Positions 1 through 10,099 of a stretch of DNA of 64,000 nt are shown here, piece by piece (positions within the stretch are counted from its first letter, which is position 1; every line of letters begins with the position of its first letter). The position numbers and the translations under genes are program-made. Origin of the DNA: Eledone cirrhosa. Lineage: Eukaryota. A model generated the notes under the pieces. It did not search any database, was not told the DNA's origin, and was given only the letters and a program-made list of their open reading frames with translations. The stretch lies in assembly GCA_964016885.1 (NCBI GenBank), contig OZ024750.1:39370001-39434000 (forward strand). Reading direction: 5' to 3'.

Positions 1-444
1 TGCCAGCGCTTCATTTTTATTTTCATTTTTATTTTTATTTTTATCCTGTAACCTTTATATGTAAATTGCCATGCTATATCATTTTGATGGATGTCATCCC
101 ACTGTGGATCAATATATACATATGTTTTATATGTCTCTTGTGTTGAAAAGGAGGTCAAGTATGTTATAGATCACTAAATAGTTGCTCCGAAGAATCCAAA
201 CCTCGGTTTGGAGGAAACAATTGTAAGCAAATAAATGATTTAAACTGAACTTTGATTATTGTAATCTCTATATAACTGCTCTGTAAAACAACCGATGTTA
301 TTATATTGAGCTATTTATCTTACTGGTAATAAGATAGTAATTAATGACTATCTTTCACTATTTAAGGTTTGTATAAAAAAAAAAAAAAAAATATATTACC
401 ATAAAAGGTTTTATTACATACATAACCATAAATAGTATCCTTAA

Positions 445-488
<44 letters not shown>

Positions 489-736
489 ATGCATGTGTAC
501 ATACACCTGCACACTCATGGAATGCACCCCACACGCACACACACACATAACAGCAACAATAATTGGCCTGGGCTCTCTACCTTGGCCCTCTCTCCTGCCC
601 ACCTCACACATCCTAATAAAACCTTTTTTCTCTCTCATCTTCCTCTCCAACCTTCTAAACTCTTTCTACAAAATTTTCTTAGCCCTGATGAAGGGCTAAC
701 ATCCAAAACGTTTCCCTTTTTTTATCAAAAAAATGA

Positions 737-1330
737 GGCATTGCTGACGGCACCCAGAACCATGACAGTGACGGGAAATATGGTGGACATGACCGTTGGA
801 ACCTCATTTGGGTCTCTTCATAACCATCTATCGTCCTTCAGTTTACCTTTTGTCCTGATCAAAGTTTTTCTCACCAGAAAAGACCCAAAGTATTCCAGCT
901 TGTTGATGTTTTATCTTATTCAGTAAACATTTTGTATGGACCAAATGATTTTGTCACATCTGACATAAATGGCCTCTCCACATCTCATAAGACTTATATC
1001 GCATGTCTTCATGGACAATTCTTCTGATGGTGCATTCTGAAACCTTAATATTCTCTGTATTGGCTCTGATTGACTTTCCTGGGGTTTGATCGATTAATTT
1101 TTAAACTTTATTTTACAAACTTCAGTGTTCTGATTATATTAGGAATTTGCGCTTGGCTGCTGATGTTGGATCCCATCAGCAGCTTCCAGATCTTTTCTAA
1201 CTTTGACAATAAAGGATCAGACAACTTCCAAGAAGGAAGTTATCTCTGTATCACTATGCTGTGTTTCTATGGCAACAATTCCAGTGTGTCTTTTCATTTG
1301 CTGTCAATTTAATGTCTGGCATTATTTATC
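737..1330 (-). mobile_element. Degenerate Tc1/mariner-superfamily transposase fragment (DD37D/maT-like)
   Basis: Minus-strand translation across stops and frameshifts gives TIRRIVHEDMRYKSY..ILWVFSGEKNFDQDK..DRWL*RDPNEVPTVMSTIFPVTVMVLGAVSN. This matches the mariner-type FSDEK...VMVxG layout, with the first catalytic Asp changed to Gly. Confidence 0.75.
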
Positions 1331-1384
1331 TGAAAAAACAAATTAGTAATAAGAAAGTTAGATGTGTCCTCGAAAACCTCCATA

Positions 1385-1710
1385 TCATCATCGTCATCAT
1401 CTTCATTTTACGTCCGCTTTTCCCTGCTTGCAAGGGTGGGACAGGAAGTGATTCTAGCTTGATTTCTACAGCCGGATGCCCTTCCTAACACCAACCTAAT
1501 TTACAGTGAGTGCTGGGTGCTTTTTTGCCGTGGCACCTCCACGACCACTTTGCAGTGGAATGATAGGGACCCCAGTCCCTATCATCTCATTTCTACAGCT
1601 GAGTAAACTGGAGCAATGTGAAATAAAGTGTCTTGCTCAAGGAAACAGCACATCACCCGGTCTGAGAATTGACCTCACAACCTTTCGATTGCAAGCCACT
1701 AAGCCATGTA
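1385..1710 (-). mobile_element. tRNA-derived SINE (family A: CORE-like body, RTE-type tail)
   Basis: Near-identical reverse complement of the copies at 34358 and 56055, with a (TGA)n tail. It has a short deletion just after the A box. Confidence 0.85.
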
Positions 1711-1748
1711 TATATATATAATGTATGTATATATATATATATATATAT

Positions 1749-3409
1749 GTTAGTCGAGGGGAGTATAATAAGTAAGGCAATCAAGGATATGAAGACGGGT
1801 AAGGCGGCTGGGCCTTCGGAAATAGTTGCTGAGATGCTGAAGGCATCTGGCACGGTGGGACACACCATGGTCACCCGCATAGTTAACCAAGTCGTACAGA
1901 ATGGGGTTGTTCCGAAGGACTGGCATAGCAGCATCATCGTTAACTGTTATAAGGGTAAAGGAGACGCCCTAGATAGGAGTAACTATAGAGGCATTAAATT
2001 AATCGACCAGGTCATGAAGGTCACGGAAAAAGTAATAGCGCAACTAATCAGAGAGAGAATTGACCTAGATGAAATGCAGTTCGGGTTTGTGTCAGGCAAA
2101 AGTACCACAGACGCTCTTTTCATAGTACGACAACTACAGGAGAAGTACCTAGCTAAAGGTAAACCCCTCTACTTAGCTTTTGTCGACTTGGAGAAAGCCT
2201 TCGACAGAGTCCCCCCGCTCCATTATCTGGTGGGCTCTTAGAAAACTAGGCGTTGACGAATGGCTTGTGAGGGCTATACAAGCCATGTATAAAGAAACAG
2301 TCAGCAAGGTTAGAATTAACAACGAATATAGTGAAGAGTTTAGCGTAAAAGTTGGCGTCCATCAGGGCTCTGTTCTCAGCCCCCTACTATTTATTATTGC
2401 CCTTCAGGCTATAACAGAGGAGTTCAAGACAGGCTGCCCATGGGAACTCCTATACGCAGACGACCTGACACTCATAGCGGAATCAATGGCCGAGCTAGAG
2501 AAGAAATTCCAAACATGGAAGCACGGCCTAGAGTCAAAAGGACTTAAAATTAACCTGGCTAAGACCAAAGTTCTAGTTTGTAGGAAAGAAAACAAGGCGG
2601 CGATCCCTTCTGGGAAATGGTCGTGCTCGGTGTGTAGGAAAGGCGTAGGTAGAAACTCCATTTTATGTCCTAAATGCAAAGTATGGGTGCATAAAAGATG
2701 TAGTGGGATCACAGGTAAGCTAACTAAGAACATAGATTTTACATGTGGCCGGTGTTCTGGTGCAATAAGTAGCAGCAAGTGCCCACAAAATACTAGCTCT
2801 TTCAATTGCGCAGAGGGTTCTATAGAAATAGTGGACAGCTTCCGTTACCTGGGCGATAAAATCAGCAGTGGGGGAGGGTGCTCTGAAAGTACTGTAGCTA
2901 GAGTCAGAACTGGTTGGAAAAAGTTCAGAGAGCTTATACCACTATTAGCTGCTAAAGGGTTTTCCCTAAAAATGAAAGGCAGGTTGTACGATGCCTGCAT
3001 ACGAACAGCAATGCTGCATGGCAGTGAGACCTGGGCATTGTGTGCAGAGGATATATGCAGACTAGAGAGGAGCGAAGCTTGCATGCTCCGCTGGATGTGT
3101 AACAGTAATATACGTGAACGGCAAAGCATAAACGAACTAAGGAAAAAATTAGAGATAAGAGGGATCAGATGTTGTTTACTCGAGAGAAGGCTACGTTGGT
3201 ATGGACACGTGATGCGCATGAAAGTCGATAGCTGTATAACAAAGTGCAGGGCAATAAAGATAGACGGTAGTCACGGAATAGGCAGACCTAGAAAAACCTG
3301 GGACGAGCTGATAAACTCCGACATCACACACTTACACCTCTCCAAGACAATGTCACTGGACCGAGACCTTTGGCGGTACTCAGTAACAGAGAAGACCCAC
3401 CTTACCTAA
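1749..3409 (+). pseudogene. RTE reverse transcriptase ORF with a single +1 frameshift in a C6 run at 2211-2216
   Basis: Removing one C joins ...KAFDRV to PRSIIWWALRK..., and the frame is then open to the TAA ending at 3409. Confidence 0.85.
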
Positions 3410-3799
3410 ATATATAGTAAAACCTACTCCAGCCAGTAGGCATCTCTAACAAAATACACCCCGTCCCACCCCCACCCCATCCACACCACCCCGTTCTATG
3501 TAAAGTTATGTTGGTGACGCGCCATCCAGGCCGAAACAAATGAGATCGTGTAGGTGTCACAACAAAAAAACACACAGTCCACGCTGTAATGTGGCCGTGT
3601 AGGCAACACGGTAAAAACCTCCCAGACCCACACTGTAAATGTGGTTGGTGTTAGGAAGGGCATCCAACTGTAGAAAACCTGCCAGACAGTCCTATGCGAG
3701 CAAGACAATCACTCTTGCCTCAAGTGGGACTACCCCCGTCCAAACCCATGCAAGCGTGGAACACGGACGTTAAACGTTGATGATGATGATGATGATGAT
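1749..3799 (+). mobile_element. 5'-truncated RTE-clade non-LTR retrotransposon (RT region, 3'UTR and (TGA)n tail), within an IPO9 intron
   Basis: ORFs 1669-2241 and 2180-3409 carry RT motifs GKAAG, NYRGI, QFGF, FVDLEKAFDRV, GVHQGSVLSP, LYADD, FRYLG, RLRWYGHV and GRPRKTW. The tail is a (TGA)n run at 3778-3799. Candidate TSD ATATATAATGTA at 1714-1725 and 3798-3809. No endonuclease domain is present. Confidence 0.93.
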
Positions 3800-3825
3800 A
3801 TATAATGTAAGCGTTTGTTTTTCAG

Positions 3826-3959
3826 TATTATTGCGTTAGCGAAACTTCTACAACATGCTGTTAATAACAACGATACACGTTTCAATGAAATTGAAGTGAC
3901 TGGAGATGAGATTATTGATGGTTGTGCAGGTGTGAGAACACGATCCCAAAGAATTAAAA
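3826..3959 (+). CDS. IPO9: Importin-9, internal exon (IIALAKLLQHAVNNNDTRFNEIEVTGDEIIDGCAGVRTRSQRIK)
   Basis: Flanked by a tttttcAG acceptor and a GTAAGT donor. The peptide resembles the IPO9 C-terminal ALCKLLQH..D.RL..I.V.GEEI..G.RTRS segment, and the phase joins the next exon. Confidence 0.88.
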
Positions 3960-4009
3960 GTAAGTAGACTCACCTCTAATAAGCTCCCAGATAATGGCTT
4001 TGGTGCCAG

Positions 4010-4230
4010 CCTTTACCATTTACATTACTCTATATTTACTATTGTATTTTCATGGTAAAGGCTTTAATTTACATAATTATCTCACATAATATAAAATCTA
4101 CGAGATTTTGTTATTTATTTTGAAAACAGTACCTTAACATCAGTATGAGTGACTGATTACAGCCAGTTCGAACAGAAAGAGGTGAGAGAATTTTGGCCAG
4201 ATATGGCTGGTTTAAATGCTAAAGGGTTAA
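4010..4230 (+). mobile_element. piggyBac-type (TTAA) MITE, family P
   Basis: Same body as the complete copy at 33673-33900. The right end reads AATGCTAAAGGG-TTAA. Confidence 0.75.
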
Positions 4231-4272
4231 TGGAAGAATTTTATTTATTTATAACGATTACTTTATTAAAAG

Positions 4273-4475
4273 TACCATCTATACTTGAATATAAGCCGAC
4301 CCCTACTCCTTATTTTATGTTTGAGAAATGGGCAAAAATCCAAACCCCATTTATAAGCTGAGACAGCTAATGAACACATTGTTTAGGTGGCATATATAAG
4401 CCGAACCCCACCCTCCTTTTACTATTGTATTTTTGGTCACATATTCCTCAGCTTATATTAGACTATATATACAAT
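4273..4475. mobile_element. Degenerate Tc1/pogo-type MITE
   Basis: Imperfect terminal inverted repeats TACCATCTATACTTGAATATAAGCCGA and TCAGCTTATATTAGACTATATATAC. Confidence 0.45.
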
Positions 4476-4643
4476 AAGTAGATCCCCACCCACCCGATAA
4501 TGGTTTTGTTGCCAGTTTTATGGGAGAATTTTATTCTATAACCATTACTTGAATTTTTTTTCAGTTTTATTTGCCTGATTTTTAGATCAACTTTCCAGTT
4601 TATTATTGTATATAATTATAAATTAATCCTTGTGTTTCTAATG

Positions 4644-6697
4644 TACAATAGGTACACTGTATCCCTGTGTACCTGGTTTACAATAGGTACACTGTATCCC
4701 TGTATATCTGGTTTACAATAGGTACACTGTATCCCTGTGTACCTGGTTTACAATAGGTACACTGTATCCCTGTATATCTGGTTTACAATAGGTATACTGT
4801 ATCCCTGTATATACCTGGTTTACAATAGGTACACTGTATCCCTGTGTACCTGGTTTACAATAGGTACACTGTATCCCTGTATATACCTGGTTTACAATAG
4901 GTACACTGTATCCCTGTGTATCTGGTTTACAATAGGTACACTGTATCCCTGTATATCTGGTTTACAATAGGCACACTAGCCCTGTGTATCTGGTTTACAA
5001 TAGGTACACTGTATCCCTGTATATACCTGGTTTACAATAGGCACACTAGCCCTGTGTATCTGGTTTACAATAGGTACACTGTATCCCTATATATCTGGTT
5101 TACAATAGGTACACTGTATCCCTGTATATACCTGGTTTACAATAGGCACACTGTATCCCTGTATATCTGGTTTACAATAGGTACACTGTATCCCTGTGTA
5201 TCTGGTTTACAATAGGTACACTGTATCCCTGTGTATCTGGTTTACAATAGGTACACTGTATCCCTGTGTATCTGGTTTACAATAGGTACACTGTATCCCT
5301 GTGTGTATCTGGTTTACAATAGGTACACTGTATCCCTGTGTGTATCTGGTTTACAATAGGTACACTGTATCCCTGTGTGTATCTGGTTTACAATAGGTAC
5401 ACTGTATCCCTGTATATACCTGGTTTACAATAGGCACACTGTATCCCTATATATCTGGTTTACAATAGGTACACTGTATCCCTGTGTATCTGGTTTACAA
5501 TAGGTACACTGTATCCCTGTGTATCTGGTTTACAATAGGTACACTGTATCCCTGTATATCTGGTTTACAATAGGTACACTGTATCCCTGTGTATCTGGTT
5601 TACAATAGGTACACTGTATCCCTGTATATCTGGTTTACAATAGGTACACTGTATCCCTGTGTATCTGGTTTACAATAGGTACACTGTATCCCTGTGTATC
5701 TGGTTTACAATAGGTACACTGTATCCCTGTGTGTATCTGGTTTACAATAGGTACACTGTATCCCTGTGTGTATCTGCTTTACAATAGGTACACTGTATCC
5801 CTGTATATCTGGTTTACAATAGGTACACTGTATCCCTGTGTATCTGGTTTACAATAGGTACACTGTATCCCTGTGTATATCTGCTTTACAATAGGTACAC
5901 TGTATCCCTGTATATCTGGTTTACATTAGCTACACTGTATCCCTGTATGTACCTGGTTTACAATAGGTACACTGTATCCCTGTGTGTATCTGGTTTACAA
6001 TAGGTACACTGTATCCCTGTGTATCTGGTTTACTATAGGTACACTGTATCCCTGTGTATATCTGCTTTACAATAGGTACACTGTATCCCTGTATATCTGG
6101 TTTACAATAGGTACACTATCCCTGTATATCTGGTTTACAATAGGTACACTGTATCCCTGTGTGTATCTGGTTTACAATAGGTACACTGTATCCCTGTGTA
6201 TCTGGTTTACTATAGGTACACTGTATCCCTGTGTATATCTGCTTTACAATAGGTACACTGTATCCCTGTATATCTGGTTTACAATAGGTACACTGTATCC
6301 CTGTATATCTGGTTTACAATAGGTACACTGTATCCCTGTGTGTATCTGGTTTACAATAGGTACACTGTATCCCTGTGTATCTGGTTTACAATAGGTACAC
6401 TGTATCCCTGTATATCTGGTTTACAATAGGTACACTGTATCCCTGTGTATCTGGTTTACTATAGGTACACTGTATCCCTGTGTATATCTGCTTTACAATA
6501 GGTACACTGTATCCCTGTATATCTGGTTTACATTAGCTACACTGTATCCCTGTATGTACCTGGTTTACAATAGGTACACTGTATCCCTGTGTATCTGGTT
6601 TACTATAGGTACACTGTATCCCTGTATGTACCTGGTTTACAATAGGTACACTGTATCCCTGTGTATATCTGCTTTACTATAGGTACACTGTATCCCT
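4644..6697. repeat. Minisatellite, 35/37-bp unit TACAATAGGTACACTGTATCCCTGTGTATCTGGTT, about 58 copies
   Basis: Direct tandem repetition, within an IPO9 intron. Confidence 0.95.
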
Positions 6698-6879
6698 GAC
6701 TGTAAGAGGCAACTAAAAGGGTTGGTGTCAGGTAGGACATCCTACAGTAAAACATTGCCTCAAAAAGCCGTCCAACCCATGCCAGCATGGAAAAGTGGAC
6801 ATTAAAATGATAACTATGGTTAAACAGCGGGACACTTTTGGCCAAGTGTCTTGGTGGACTGGGTGCTTTTTGGCATGAG

Positions 6880-7505
6880 TGGACTGGATGTTTTTTGTCA
6901 TAGCCCCAGCAGTACTACCCTACATGGAGGACTGGATGCTTTTGTCATAGCCCCAGAACTACTACCCTACATGAAGGACTGGGTGATTTTTGTCATAGCC
7001 CCAGCACTACTACCCTACATTAAGGACTGGGTGATTTTTGTCATAGCCCCAGCACTACTATCCTACATTAAGGACTGGGTGATTTTTGTCATAGCCCCAG
7101 CACTACTATCCTACATTAAGGACTGGGTGAATTTTGTCATAGCCCCAGCAGTACTACCCTACATGAAGGACTGGGTGATTTTTGTCATAGCCCCAGCACT
7201 ACTACCCTACATTAAGGACTGGGTGATTTTTGTCATAGCCCCAGCACTACTACCCTACATGAAGGACTGGGTGATTTTTGTCATAGCCCCAGCAGTACTA
7301 CCCTACATGAAGGACTGGGTGAATTTTGTCATAGCCCCAGCAGTACTACCTTATATGAAGGACTGGGTGATTTTTTTTGATAGCCCCAGCAGTACTACCC
7401 TACATGAAGGACTGGGTGATTTTTGTCATAGCCCCAGCACTACTACCTTATATGAAGGACTGGGTGATTTTTGTCATAGCCCCAGCAGTACTACCTTATA
7501 TGAAG
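6880..7505. repeat. Minisatellite, 48-bp unit, related to the RTE/SINE tail segment (reverse strand)
   Basis: Unit GAAGGACTGGGTGATTTTTGTCATAGCCCCAGCACTACTACCCTACAT. Its reverse complement resembles AAAAGCACCCAGTCC..TGTAAAGTGGT. Confidence 0.9.
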
Positions 7506-7949
7506 GACAAGGTGTTTTTAAAATAGCCAATGTTTGTAATATTTTCTTATTTTCATTTAACATAATATAATTGAGTTAGTGAAAATAATATTTAACCCTT
7601 TAGCATTCACAAAATTTACAGTCCGAAATGCAGTGGTCCAACACCGGTCCAATTTCGCCTTGAATTGTTGCGTGGTTGACGCGTTGACTACTTCTTCTGG
7701 CAGCCAATTCCAGGGTCCAGAGATGTCATGTATCCCTGCATGTCATGACTAAAAGGGTTGGCACCAGGAAAGACATCTGGCTGTAAAACTTGGTCCCAAT
7801 CATTGCCTCAAAACATCCTGTCCAACCCATGCTATCATAGCTGATGTTAAACTAATGCTGACCTAGATTATAACCTTTGAGAATTGTTGTCTGCTGAATA
7901 AAACCAAATGTGACCTTTGTATTGTTGTTGTTGTTGTTGTTGTTGTTAG

Positions 7950-8074
7950 CGCCAACACAGTGGACACGGGTACCAGTGTTAGTTAAAATCTACAAACTGA
8001 TTGTCAATGAACTCTCGAATCAGATGGAAACCAACATGGCCAGTAATATTCCAGATGAAGATGAACTAATTGAT
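7950..8074 (+). CDS. IPO9: Importin-9 exon (PTQWTRVPVLVKIYKLIVNELSNQMETNMASNIPDEDELID)
   Basis: (TTG)n-TAG acceptor and GTAAGT donor. Matches the IPO9 motif [23 protein letters not shown], and the phases are compatible with both neighbours. Confidence 0.92.
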
Positions 8075-8384
8075 GTAAGTTACTTTTATAGTTCACCTCC
8101 CTCCTATTGCACTCCCAGACCCAGTTGTTGTTATGAGTCCCAGGTCACACTCCCCCCTTCCCTTATAATCCCAACCCCAGTAGTTCTCTGAGACCCACTC
8201 CACACCCCTCCCCTCCCCTTATAATCCAAACCTGTGAATGATCCGTAGCACGTGTTGCATTTTCTTAAAAATACACATCGTACCAGCGTCATCCTAGTGG
8301 CGTGAATAGGATTATTGACAGCTAGAAATAGCAGCTGAGTCCTTTCAACTGAGTTAGCTCTACAATTAATATGTATATATATAT

Positions 8385-8594
8385 CCAAAATTAAATTAAG
8401 GGTGTCATGTCCGAGAGACATGCGCCATATCTACTGTAGAATATGCTCAAAGATTCCAATGAATAGATCCGACCATTTTATATCAACTAGAAATTGATTG
8501 ACATATATATATATATATATAAAATAAACACATGAAACAATCACAGGGGATAATTTGTATGTCTCTCGGACATGACACCCTTAATTTAATTTTG
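8385..8594. mobile_element. MITE-like element with 36-bp terminal inverted repeats, embedded in (TA)n
   Basis: CAAAATTAAATTAAGGGTGTCATGTCCGAGAGACAT (about 8385-8421) and its reverse complement (about 8559-8594). Confidence 0.6.
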
Positions 8595-8609
8595 TATATA
8601 TATATACAC

Positions 8610-8741
8610 ACACTATAGTGGGATATATTGGTATTACATGTGATATATATATATATATTTATACTATAGTTGGGTATATTGGTATTTCATGTGATATATA
8701 TATATATATTTATACTATAGTTGGGTATATTGGTATTTCAT

Positions 8742-8810
<69 letters not shown>

Positions 8811-8980
8811 TATAGTGGGATATATTGGTATTACATGTGATATATATATATATACTATAGTGAGGTATATTGGTATTACATGTGATATATATATATATAC
8901 TATAGTGAGGTATATTGGTATTACATGTGATATATATATATACTATAGTTGGGTATATTGGTATTTCATGTGATATATAT
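8610..8980. repeat. Tandem repeat: constant ACTATAGT.GG.TATATTGGTATT.CATGTG block separated by variable (TA)n
   Basis: About 7 direct copies. Confidence 0.9.
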
Positions 8981-8987
8981 ACACAAA

Positions 8988-9175
8988 GGCGGTGGATTGG
9001 CAGTATCGGTAGAGTGTCGGACACCATGCTTTCCAGCATAGTTACGTCCCTTTACAGTCTGAGTTCAAATCCCGCCAAGGTTAACTTTGCCTTTCATCCT
9101 TACGGGGTCGATAAAATAAAGTACCAGTAATGAACTGGGTAATTGCTAGCTTTGTGCCCAAAGTAGAAACAATTA
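8988..9175 (+). mobile_element. tRNA-derived SINE (family B, Meta/Sauria-SINE-like core)
   Basis: A-box-like TGGCAGTATCGG, B box GAGTTCAAATCC and core TTTGCCTTTCATCCTTACGGGGTCGATAAAATAAAGTACCAG. Many other copies occur in the window. Confidence 0.8.
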
Positions 9176-9264
9176 CACACACACACTCTTTCTCTCTTTC
9201 TTTCTTTTTTTCTTTCTTTCTCTCTCTCTAGTTTAGATTCATTCCCAATCCTTGCCCTGGGAGC

Positions 9265-9695
9265 CAAGTCCCTCCCATTAGAGAATCACAGTCCCACCCC
9301 TATCTCACCTGGTGTACCTACCAAGTCCCTCCCATCACAGTCCCACCCCTATCTCACCTGGTGTAACTACCAAGTCCCTCCCATCACAGTCCCACCCCTA
9401 TCTCACCTGGTGTACCTACCAAGTCCCTCCCATTACAGTCCCACCCCTATCTCACCTGGTGTACCTACCAAGTCCCTCCCATTACAGTCCCACCCCTATC
9501 TCACCTGGTGTACCTACCAAGTCCCTCCCAATCACAGTCCCACCCCTATCTCACCTGGTGTACCTACCAAGTCCCTCCCAATCACAGTCCCACCCCTATC
9601 TCACCTGGTGTACCTACCAAGTCCCTCCCAATCACAGTCCCACTCCTATCTCACCTGGTGTACCTACCAAGTCCCTCCCAATCACAGTTTCACAC
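9265..9695. repeat. Minisatellite, 49-50-bp unit
   Basis: CCAAGTCCCTCCCATCACAGTCCCACCCCTATCTCACCTGGTGTACCTA repeated about 8 times. Confidence 0.9.
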
Positions 9696-9767
9696 CTGAT
9701 GTAACTTATGTCTTTCTGTGATTCTGCCAATTGATGCTATTTTCTTTCTGACTGAGAATCAGATTGT

Positions 9768-10070
9768 AAAAGCACCCATTCTACTCTATAAGGTGGTTGG
9801 TTGTGCTGGTGACATGACAAAAAGCATCCAGTCTACCCTGTAAGGTGGTTGTGCTGGTGACATGCAAAAAGCACCCGGTCTACCCTGTAATATGGTTGTG
9901 CTGGTGACATGACAAACAACTCCCAGTCTACCCTATAAGGTGGTTGAGCTGGTGACATTTCAAAAAGCACCCAATCCACCCTGTAATGCGGTTGTGCTAG
10001 TGACATGATAAAAAGCACCCAGTCTACCCTGTAAAGTGGTTGATATAAGGAAGGGCATCCAGCCAAAATA
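9768..10070 (+). repeat. Tandem 47-48-bp repeats of the RTE/SINE tail segment
   Basis: AAAAGCACCCAGTCTACCCTGTAAGGTGGTTGTGCTGGTGACATG repeated about 6 times, running into AGGAAGGGCATCCAGC. Confidence 0.8.
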
Positions 10071-10099
10071 CAGATCAGTATGAGCCAAACCTGATCTCC

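Noticed and set aside
2211-2216. Programmed ribosomal frameshift between the two RTE ORFs
   Set aside because: The shift falls inside the RT domain at a C homopolymer. RTE elements encode a single ORF here, so a 1-nt insertion or a sequencing error is the simpler explanation.
6851-7570. 239-aa repetitive ORF, and similar ORFs at 42148-42831, 44992-45669, 57246-58378 and 18431-18937
   Set aside because: These are stop-free readings of tandem repeats whose unit is a multiple of 3, mostly with non-ATG starts and no recognisable domain.
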